NCBI RefSeq assembly: GCF_006345805.1
Contig: NC_042997.1
Span: forward strand, 196,230,001 to 196,294,000
DNA length: 64,000 nucleotides
Reading direction: 5' to 3'
Source of the DNA: Octopus sinensis
Taxonomy: Eukaryota
This document shows positions 1 through 10,353 of the stretch, piece by piece; the first letter of the stretch is position 1, and the number at the start of each line of letters is the position of its first letter. Made by a program: the position numbers and the translations under genes. The notes beneath the pieces are model-generated. The model did not search any database and was not told the DNA's origin. It saw only the letters and a list, made by a program, of their open reading frames with translations.

Positions 1-1198
1 CTTACTAGTAATGGAAGAATTGGTGACGCGCATCCTCGATGATAGTGATGCTGTTGACATCGTTTTATTGGACTTTGCCAAAGCTTTTGACTCGGTAAAC
101 CACCGCCTATTTCTTGTCAAGCTTCAAGCATATAGTTTCCATCCGGGTATTATACGATGGGTTGGTGCCTTCCTCTCAGATCGCTCCTTCCGAGTCCAAG
201 TTAATGGTTCGCGGTCCGACGTCTCCAGTGCGAGCAGTGGCGTGCCTCAAGGTTCAGTACTTGGGCCCTTGTTGTTCTTAGTCTTCATAAATGACTTGCC
301 CGACGACCTCACGCAACATACCCTTCTATTTGCCGACGATATCAAACTGGTCGCTCCTCGCGGTAATGTAGAGGATCTTCGTCGATGCCTCCACCAAATT
401 TGGAAGTGGTCTAACGATTGGGACCTGTGTCTGAACGTGTCAAAGTGCTGTCATCTGCCTGTCGGCTCTACTCCTACAACTCAACTTGATTTCGAGCCGA
501 GTCGTCTGCTGCTGGAGATACCGATCAGGTAAAGGACCTGGGTATCTTGGTGGATTCCTCCTTTTCGCCTTCGGCCCAGTGCGTCCATGCTACCAACAAA
601 GCACGCGGAATTCTGTTCTTGATTCGACGGTCATTCGGAATGCTCACAGCAGCCATATTCCTACCACTCTATGTCACGCTGGTGAGACCCATATTGGAGT
701 ATGGGATTCAAGCCTCTTCTCCTTATCTCCTCAAAGACATACAGCATCTCGAAAGAGTCCAGAAGCTGGCTACCCGCATGGTTCATGGTCTCAAAAATTG
801 TCCTACGAAGAAAGGCTGAGGACGCTCGACCTTTATTCTCTTGAAAAACGCCGCCGCCGAGGTGATCTCATTCTCGCCCACAACATCATAAGCGGAAAGT
901 GTAACCTCTCGAAAGAGCTGTTCTTCACTCCTGCTCCAGAGCGTCGGCTGCGGGGTCATTCCGAAAAGCTCTACCTGCGACGATTTCATCTCAATCGAAG
1001 GAGAGGAGCTTTCTCCGTCCGGGTTGCGGATCCGTGGAACAAGCTGCCAGACGAGATGGTGAAGATACCGACGACCGCTTTGTTCAAAGCCTCCCTGGAC
1101 CTCAAGTGGCCTGAACACCACCCTGTACTTAACTCCATGTCCCCCTACATGGCCTTGCTATTTGCTTTTGAGCCAAATTAACTAACTAACTAACTAAC
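1..1198 (+). mobile_element. CR1/L2-group non-LTR retrotransposon, 3' part of ORF2 (reverse transcriptase and C-terminus), frameshifted, ending in a (TAAC)n tail
   Basis: ORF 11-532 has RT motifs LLDFAKAFDSVNH, GVPQGSVLGPLLF and LLFADD. Continuation frames 547-819 and 486-1181 give LVRPILEYG and GAFSVRVADPWNKLP. (TAAC)5 tail at 1179-1198. Confidence 0.93.
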
Positions 1199-1365
1199 AA
1201 CTGATGTTGCAGAGTTTCCGTCCCCGTAACGCAGCGGTTCGGCAAATCAGACCGATTCAATAAGTACCAGGCTTACAAAGAATAACTCCCGGGGTCGATT
1301 TGGTCAACTAAAGGCCGTGCTCCAGCATAGCCGCAGTCAAACGACTGATACAAATAAAAGAATAA
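1199..1365 (+). mobile_element. SINE family A, 3' half
   Basis: Matches the 3' half of full family-A copies (gcggttcggcaaa...ataagtac...ggcttacaaagaataa...ggggtcgattt...ctccagcat...gcagtcaaa). Confidence 0.85.
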
Positions 1366-2067
1366 CAGAATATATATATCAATAAAGTTGCCTGCACGGT
1401 CCATGTTTCGATCGTCACCTTTAACAGTTACTTGTAATATTCACACACATGCACAATAAATATTAATATATACACACATACAATAAATATCAATTTATAT
1501 ACACACACATTCTTATATACATTGTATGTTTTACGTATTTGTAGTGATTTTATCACTAGTTAAACTTTATATAATTGGTAAAAAAAATACTTGCCTTATT
1601 TGTAAATAGATAGCATAATTTTTAATAGCTTTCTCCTATAAATAATACAAAGGCAGTAAATCACCTATTTATTATCTACGTATAACTGAATTCGTACTTT
1701 CCTGTGGAGTTGACTATTAACTTCGAAAGTGTATGAAAAGCAAAAACAAAAAGAAATGAATATGAGAGTGCTCGACAGAACATCCATTTCCACATCAAAT
1801 TATAAACATTTATATGTTTATATTTAAAATTAATGTTGGATGTGTTGCGACGAACTTATACGTACAAAGAACAGGGAGACAGAAATACACGTACACACAC
1901 ACACATACATACAGAAACACACACACAAATATATACACACGAACATGCACACATGCACACAAACAGACACACACACACGTATATATTTATCTATCTATGC
2001 ATGTATATTTATAACTATATAAATATATGTAAACTACAAATATACAAATAAAATATATGTATGTATG

Positions 2068-2098
<31 letters not shown>

Positions 2099-2412
2099 GT
2101 ATACACACATATATATACACACATATATATATATTCATATATATACATATACATTCATATATATATACACATATATATATATTCATATATATACATATTC
2201 ATATATATATTTATATATATACACACACATATATATATATATGTATATATATATATGTATATATACATATGTATACATATATATATACATATATAAATAT
2301 ATATACATATATACATATATAAATATATATATATGTATATATATATGTGTATATATATACATATATACATATATAAATATACAAACATGTCCACGCACCA
2401 GACTTACATGCA

Positions 2413-2447
<35 letters not shown>

Positions 2448-2859
2448 TATATACATATAACCACTGATATATATATATTATTTAGAATTTACACTTTTAG
2501 TACAAAGCTAGGTGTATTAATTTCTGCTTTCTGTTTTTTAATGTTCTACATGTCATTATTTTAATCTAATGCGGTTTCAAATGTGTATAGTGACATTATA
2601 TATATATATGCAGAAACATCCGTATATAATATATACGTATGTATAATATGTCTATAGTTTATGTTACACAAATAACAAATGTCTCTGACGTGTGAGTCTG
2701 TTCTTCCGGCTTTTTATATCAAAATAATTTTTTTGTCACCACCATAATTGAAAAGCTGTATACAACATAGATATATTTTTTTTCTTTGCATAGGAGATAA
2801 ACTATTTCAGCTATCGTTATAACTGAAATTATAGTTGACTGTTTATATATATGTGTGTT

Positions 2860-2892
<33 letters not shown>

Positions 2893-3202
2893 CTCTGTGT
2901 GTGTGTGTGTTTTAAAGTAACATAAGTAATCACATTATAATTTCCTGCGCTATCAATGCGGTTTAGTTTTATAAACTTTGACGTTTGTGTAAATCTCGTC
3001 AAAAATCCTCTTGTACCTGGTTATTACAAATAATTCTTTTTTTTTTTCTTTTTCTTTCCTCCATTAAGCGTCGACAAATATTTCGAAATATAAATTTTGG
3101 ATATAAATATATATGCACACACACACACACACACATACATACACAAACATATTTTATATATATATATATATCTTTATTACTCCAACTCTCTCTCTCTCTC
3201 TC

Positions 3203-3247
<45 letters not shown>

Positions 3248-3259
3248 CAAATATATATA

Positions 3260-3549
3260 GGCGTAGGAGTGGCTGTGAGGTAAGTAGCTTGATTCTGGGT
3301 TCAGTCCCACTGCATGGCATCTTGGGCAAGTGTCTTCTACTATAACCTCGGGCAGACCAAAGCCTTGTGAGGGGGCTTGGTAGACGGAAACTGAAAGAAG
3401 CCCGTCGTATATGTATGTATATATATATATATATGTACGTGTGTGTATATGTTTGGCCCCCTAACATCTCTTGGCAATCGATGATGGTGTGTTTACGTCA
3501 CCGTAACTTAGCGGTTCGGCAAAAGGCACTGATAGAATAAGTACTAGGC
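3260..3549 (+). mobile_element. SINE family A (tRNA-like head, internal (TA)n/(TG)n), 3' end missing
   Basis: Starts ggcgtaggagtggctgtgaggtaag and contains cttgggcaagtgtcttctactata and gacggaaactgaaagaagcccgtcg, as in other copies. Confidence 0.85.
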
Positions 3550-3985
3550 ATCTGTGTCATGCGACGTGATTCTTAGTTATTCAAGAAGCTTAGCGTTTCT
3601 CTTGTTAGTTTTTAGAATGTCTAGAGTTCCATTAATTAAAACAGCTTGCTAACCCTGCTCTTCGCTTCTTAGTCAATTAAATTTAGAGCCATTCATGTCA
3701 TTGCTATGTTCGTCTATTTCTCTACGCCGCATGACTGGAAACCAGCACTTAGCTGTTATTTCTACATTTTCTATATCTGAACTTTCTTGCATAGATTATT
3801 TGATTCAACTAGATTCTACATTTTGATTCTGTGTGTCATAATCGACTAGTAAATAAAATATATTCTTTTGTAGTAAATATATAGGTCTTGAATTTATTCT
3901 TCATTTCTTTACGAACTGTGGTAATAGCGTACACGCAGCCACATCAACACCTTGTATTGACCATATATTCCCACTACATTACAAA

Positions 3986-4097
3986 TTATAAAAGTAAAAA
4001 TAAAATATATGTACAGTACTGTTTCTACTTCACGGATTTTCACGTATCGTAGGGTGTACTAGAACGTAACACCCGCGATAGTTGTGGGATTACTGTA
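3986..4097. mobile_element. Tigger/pogo-like DNA transposon terminus
   Basis: Ends cgcgatagttgtgggattactgTA. The reverse complement TAcagtaatcccacaactatcgcg resembles the terminus at 27529 and Tigger-type inverted repeats. Confidence 0.6.
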
Positions 4098-4177
4098 CCT
4101 CAAAAAGAAACTGAAAACAAGACTACCCACTATGCTCGGAAGCGAGTGTCTTACCACACAACCACGGCTAGAGTCAG

Positions 4178-4600
4178 GCGTAGAGGTCACCTTAAGAAGT
4201 TTGCTTCGCTACTCAATCCATTCTGATCCAGTCCTATCCTGCGGCATCTTTGGCAAGTGTCGTCTTCTAAAGCAGCGGGAACCATTAATGCCTTTTAAAG
4301 TATTTTAGTGAATTTAACGGACGGAAACTATTTAGAACCCCGTTGTGTATGTCTTTTCGTGTGTGTACGTGTGTGTGTGTGAGTGCATGCGTGCGTGTGT
4401 GGGGTGGGAGGGAGTGTGTGTGTGTGTGTTTGTCCTCCACTACCGACTCATAACCGATTTCAGTTTTTTTTACGATTCCGTTACTTAGCGGTTCGGCAAA
4501 AGAACCCGCTAGTATAAACGCGATGCTTTAAAAACAAAATAAGCAGCGGAATCAGTTTACTCTACTAAACCCTAAAATTCGTGCCTCAGCATGTCTGCAC
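4178..4600 (+). mobile_element. Degenerate SINE family A copy
   Basis: Contains ctttggcaagtgtc, gacggaaact, an internal (GT)n and gttacttagcggttcggcaaaag. Confidence 0.65.
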
Positions 4601-4800
4601 TTCAATGAGTGAAGACAGTCATCGATAGAAGATAAGCGTTTGTTTGTTGTTGTTTCTGTTTTTTCCGAGATTCATGTGATATGAGTATAACAAAAACAAA
4701 TGCCCTTTCGTTCAATATACATCCACATGAGCAATACTTGAACACATCATCAGCGTTGCATCCTGGGATCTCTGGGTATTTCTGGTCTTGCAACAAACAC

Positions 4801-4896
4801 TTATAAAAGTAAAAAATTATATATACAGTACTGTGTTTCTACTTCACGGATTTTCACGTATCGTAGGGTGTACTTAAACGTAACACCCGCGATAGT
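4801..4896. repeat. Second copy of the ~95-bp Tigger-like subterminal segment at 3986-4082
   Basis: Near-identical direct repeat ttataaaagt...cacggattttcacgtatcgtagggtgtact...cccgcgatagt. Confidence 0.85.
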
Positions 4897-5061
4897 CCGA
4901 TTTAGGTTCATCAGGCACAAGCCTGTATTGAAACTGTATTCCACTGACATCACTGTTCATCACCTGTCAACCAAAGCTATCGAGAGGCTTTCTCTGCAGC
5001 CCCTAGGTTGATTTTGGTAGCTTATTCAGCTCATTTTTTTTATGCCTAAGTTTCCAGAAAC

Positions 5062-5480
5062 TTTTTTTTTTCCTAGTTTCAGCTCAGAGCTGCGGCCATG
5101 CTGATGCACCGCCGTTTTGTGCTACACTGTTATTACTAAGAGCCTCCTCTAATTTGTGGCACTTGGTGAAGAATAGAGTTTGATATAGCTACCCTCACTT
5201 GCACCTCTTGCTGTGAGGTAGGTTCATCTGGAACTTCTCGACAGGAAGAGGTCCAGCTTTGATTAAAAAATCCCTAAATCTACTTTCTGCAAGTTCCTCA
5301 GACTCTTTCGGAGAATATTAAAAAGCTGTGGGCCCTTGAAACCCAGGCTGTTGCAGTAACAATACTCGGATTACAAACAGCAAATGTTTGATTACCAGCC
5401 TCCAGCTATTGTCCAAATATGACTACAAAATTAATAATCGATCGGGACAAATTCTGGAAAAAAATTTCTTTTATGTCGGT
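5062..5480 (-). mobile_element. CR1-group LINE 3' end (degenerate ORF2 C-terminus, 3' UTR, poly-A)
   Basis: Minus-strand translation with frameshifts gives YCNSLGFKGPQLFNIL...KLDLFLS...VPDEPT...SNSILHQV. UTR ggcggtgcatcagcatggccgcagctctgagctgaaactag, then an A-run. Confidence 0.75.
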
Positions 5481-5916
5481 GCTACACAACAACGAAATAG
5501 ACATAGAAGATTGGAGAAACATGTAAATCAGAATGAGATTTGTTGAGACGTAAACATTGATTAAAACACACCAAACGTAAACAAAACGACGAAAGACACG
5601 TCCGAGAAATTAGTATGAGACGCCATAACGAAACAATACGAAATGCAAGGAGAACCAGTTACTAAAATTGTAGTCTGTTGAAATATGCGTGGGCGGAAGG
5701 AGTCCATGATACCACACAAAAGAGCATATTCACAAGCAGACCTACCCAGACGTATACATACATAAACACTTATAAATGTACACCCACATACAGATATACA
5801 CACTTACTAACACTACTCAAATAATTCACACACACACATATATATGTACTGTGTGTGTATGTGTGTGTTTGTGTGTATACATACATGTATCTATATATCT
5901 ATATGTATATATTTGC

Positions 5917-5962
<46 letters not shown>

Positions 5963-6025
5963 GTATGTGTGTGTGTGTGTGGTGTGTGTGTGTGTGTGTG
6001 GTGTGTGTGTTGTGTGTGTGTGTGT

Positions 6026-6410
6026 GTGGAGGCGCAATGGCCTAGTGGTTAAGGTAGCGGACCCGCGGTCGTAGAACCGCGGTTCCGATTCCCAGATCGG
6101 GCGTTCTGAGTGTTTATTGAGTAAGAAAAAAAACTAAAGTTCCACGAGGCTCCGGCAGGGGGTGGGTGGCGAACACTGCTGTAGACATTCACCATAACTT
6201 TCTCTCATTCTTCCTCCTGTTTCTGTTGAACCTTTATTTCAAAGGGCCAGCCTCGTCACACTCTGTGTTACGCTGAATCCCCCCGAGAACTATGTTAAGA
6301 GTAAACGTGTCTGTGGAGTGCTCAGCCACTTTCACGCTAATTTAACGAGCAGGCTGTTCCGTTGATTCGATCAACTGGAACCCTCGTCGTCGAAACCGAC
6401 GGAGTGCTAC
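6026..6410 (+). mobile_element. tRNA-derived SINE, family D head joined to family B tail
   Basis: Head ggcgcaatggcctagtggtt...ggttccgattccc has A/B-box-like motifs. Tail caggctgttccgttgattcgatcaactggaaccctcgtcgtc...gacggagtgc. Confidence 0.85.
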
Positions 6411-6791
6411 GATATGTATGTATGTATGTATGTATGTATGTGTGTATGTATGTATGCATGCATGTATGTATGTATGTATGTGTGTATGTGTGTATGTATG
6501 CATGCATGTATGTGTGCATGCATGTATGCATGTATGTATGTATGTATGTATGCATGTATGTGTGTATGTATGTATGTATGTATGTATGTATGTATGTATG
6601 TATGTATGTATGTATGTATGTATGTGTGTGTGTGTATGTATGTATGCATGTATGTATGTATGTGTGTATGTATGTATGTATGTATGTGTGTATGTATGTA
6701 TGCATGTATGTATGTATGTATGTATGTATGTATGTATGTATGTATGCATCTATGCATGTATGTATGTGTGTATGTATGTATGTATGTATGT
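6411..6791. repeat. Long (ATGT)n microsatellite
   Basis: About 380 bp of ATGT units with GTGT/GCAT interruptions, directly after the SINE tail. Confidence 0.97.
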
Positions 6792-7032
6792 ACAAACAGG
6801 CGCATACACATACTCCTTACATATAAACGCATATAAATGCATATGCACACACAGGCACGCATAATATTTAAGTGTCCAGTCTGTAAACATATATAGGAAC
6901 AGGTAGGCATGCTGCTCACCGACACGTATATACATGCATACATATATATATATATAAACATACATACATACATACATGCATACATACATACATACATACA
7001 TGCAAGCATATATATAATACATATATAATATA

Positions 7033-7076
<44 letters not shown>

Positions 7077-7269
7077 GCACACACAAGAATAGTTCGCTCT
7101 TTGAGAGCACGTGCAGAAAAGTTTTAACGGAAGCGCTCACATACTAGAAAAACGTGTTACCCAAAAGAGTTAGCAACATATAATAGATTTCATAACAATT
7201 TTTTTAATATTTTTTTTTTAAATCACCCTTACACTTCAAAAACTGTAATCCTCATTGAATTACAAATAT

Positions 7270-7303
<34 letters not shown>

Positions 7304-7336
7304 GTGTGTGTCTGTGTGTGTGTGAAAGAGAGAGAG

Positions 7337-7374
<38 letters not shown>

Positions 7375-7744
7375 TCCAAATAAATTTGATGATATTTTGA
7401 TGGAATCTCTATAATAGTGTAACTCCTTGAGATATTACGGAAAGTAAATTCAGAAAACTGGAGCCGGGCCTTTTAAACAAATAATCACAAATCTCTCTTC
7501 TCACAGCATACGATATTATCTTATACACCACCTGACATTACGGAATAGCCAGTACCGTTGTAGTCGTAGTAGCGAAGATCACTGCATTGCCATCATTTGA
7601 AGCACATCCTCATATAGGGAGGAGCCATTAAGTTACCTATCGAAAACCCCATGAAAATTACGGTTATGCCAAAATTTGAAACCATTACGTTACACGTCGA
7701 AACCCCAATAAAGATTACGGTTTTTTTTCTTTACACATTTACCT

Positions 7745-8156
7745 ATTTCTTTATTGCCCACAAGGGGCTAAACACAGAGAGGACAAACAAGGACAGACAT
7801 AGGTATTAAGTCGATTACATCGATCCAATGCGTAACTGGTACTTAATTTATCGACCCCGTAAGGATGAAAGGCAAAGTCGACCTCGGCGGAATTTGAACT
7901 CACAACATAACGCAGACGAAATACCTATTTCTTTACTACCCACAAGGGGCTAAACACAGAGAAGACAAACAAGGACAGACAAACGGATTAAGTCGATTAT
8001 ATCGACCCCAGTGCGTAACTGGTACTTAATTTATCGACCCCGAAAGTATGAAAGGCAAAGTCGACCTCGGCGGAATTTGAACTCAGAACGTAACGGCAGA
8101 CGAAATACGGCTACGCATTTCGCCCAGCGTGCTAACGTTTCTGCCAGCTCGCCGCC
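7745..8156 (-). mobile_element. SINE family C, tandem dimer with 15-bp TSD
   Basis: Two units of gtcgactttgcctttcatcctttcggggtcgataaattaagtaccagt (minus strand). TSD tttacacatttacct at 7730-7744 and 8157-8171. Confidence 0.92.
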
Positions 8157-8551
8157 TTTACACATTTACCTGTTGATATTTCCGGTCTCAGAAGGAGTGT
8201 CACTTAACTATAGGCAGTCACACTCACAAGTGTATGTTCATGGTTCGATTCCTGGATGGAGCGCCGAGTTGCATCCTGGGAAGTTGCTTCATTTCAGTTG
8301 CTCGAGCCTTTATAGCTCATAATCAATTGTATCAGCCGTTGGGGGGCTCCTTTACCGCCAGCTTGCTGGAAATCTTGCTAATGAGAGATGCCACTTCCCT
8401 TATAAAATTACATCACACGGGGTTATAACAATTCCCTCTTTGCAAGGGCATGCAGTGAATATGGATCCCGAAACTATTACAGTGTCTAGCAGATCGTCAG
8501 TAATTTTGGTATCTCGGATTGCTCATTGTGTCAATAATAAACACATGCTCT

Positions 8552-8765
8552 GGTGAGCTGGCAGAAACGTTAGCACGCCGGGCGAAATGCTCAGCAGTAT
8601 TTCGTCTGTCGCTACGTTCTGAGGTCGACTTTGTCTTTCATCCTTTCGGGGTCGATTAAATAAGTACCAGTTACGCACTGAGGTCGATATAATCGACTTA
8701 ATCCGTTTGTCCGTCCTTGTTTGTCCCTTCCGTGTTTAGCCCCTTGTGGGTAGTAAAGAAATAGG
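8552..8765 (+). mobile_element. SINE family C, single copy with small internal deletion
   Basis: gagctggcagaaacgttagcacgccgggcgaaatgc...agccccttgtgggtagtaaagaaata. Confidence 0.9.
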
Positions 8766-9104
8766 TTAGTTATCTTACTGCCGAATTGACGGGTTTGGTA
8801 AAAAAAAAATCTGGAGTTGAAGCATTCATATTTGAAATAAAGCTGTCACGAACTTCTCTTGAGACAACAAAACTGTGTTTTGCAATCTCTTACTAGCTTG
8901 ACTATATCTTAGAATATTTCGTTTTTGTATTTGATTCACATGGTTCTTGGTGTGAAGTGAGTGCGTTTATCATGGGCATAAGGATCCTCTCGAAATACAA
9001 CGAAATATGTTTCAACACACGAGTTCACATCAAGAGTCTGGTAGAGCAAATACAAAAAAGAAATACACTTATTGTAAATATCAAAAAATACAATATGTGT
9101 ACAA

Positions 9105-9412
9105 CAAATAATAATAATAATAATAACAATAATAATGAAATTATTGTGTACAGTACTCAGGTGCACACAACATGTCAGAAAGTGCATATAAAGTACATGC
9201 AGTAATGTAGAAATGTCTGGAAAGCGAACAATGTATGAATCAGATACATGCTTGTGTGTGTATGTAGAGTAGAAAATCACGTGTAGTGTTGGCGAATCTC
9301 AGGAAGCATGGAAGCTTTGAAGGATGCAGTGCTCCGACAACTAACAACTGATGCCGGCAGTTTGTTCCATGCTTCAGCAACTCTCAGCGTGAAAAAATGT
9401 TTCCTGAAATGT
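9105..9412 (-). mobile_element. CR1-group LINE 3' end with (ATT)n tail
   Basis: Minus strand encodes FRKHFFTLRVAEAWNKLPASVVSCRSTASFKASM, followed by a UTR and ATT repeats at about 9107-9135. Confidence 0.8.
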
Positions 9413-10059
9413 ATGCAACTATCTGATTAACTAGCATATATCTGTGTTACACGTTTCTTAGATGCTGCTCTCCTGCAAAATTACAATTCGTAATGAGACG
9501 AAAACATGCATTCTTATCAACTCCTTTACAATGACAAGGAAAAAACAGCGAGATATATTGCCAAGCACTTAATCATTTCGTTTCAGATTACAGTATATGT
9601 ATATACGTTTCTAAGAAGATGCTGCGACCATAATCTTTAGATTGGAAGCTATAAGATAATGTAATATATATGTAGAAATAATGTTTATATATTCTGAAGT
9701 ACACCATAGTATGTGTGTCTGATTTGTCTGAATATATAATATATATCATTATATGGGAAACGTCATGTAAATACAAATACACACACAGGGACACACAAAT
9801 ACATACAAACACACACACAACACACACACATATATGTATACACACACATATACATGATAGGTTTATACATACCTATTGTAGGTGAAACATCAGTCTGTCT
9901 ACATAAATTTAACTTCGCGTATGAATGAAGATTTTTTATGAATATGTCCACGTATTTATATGCAAATTTATGTAGAAATTAACGTACAAGTCTAAATAGT
10001 AATGTGTACGTCGACAAACACGCACATACACAGATATGCTGTATATATATATATATATA

Positions 10060-10104
<45 letters not shown>

Positions 10105-10322
10105 TATATATATCTATATATATGTATATCTCTCTCTCTCTCTATATATATATTATATATACATATATATACATATATAATCTATATATATGTATATCTC
10201 TCTCTCTATATATTAGATATATATAATATATAGATATACATATATATACATATATATGCGACCATATACCGGAGAGAGAGAGAATATACACACACACACA
10301 CATACACAACATATATATATAT

Positions 10323-10352
<30 letters not shown>

Positions 10353-10353
<1 letters not shown>

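Noticed and set aside
6031-6105. tRNA-like sequences at SINE heads (also about 25680-25735, 30905-30965, 63190-63260)
   Set aside because: A/B-box-like motifs are present, but there is no complete cloverleaf with an acceptor stem, and each continues into a SINE body. Not called as tRNA genes.
9877-9885. TGTAG|GTGA motif recurring at 9882, 29995, 38988 and 60944 as a marker of the 14.5-kb periodicity
   Set aside because: The 7-mer tgtaggt occurs several times elsewhere in the window. Only the longer 38987/53611 match was kept as evidence.
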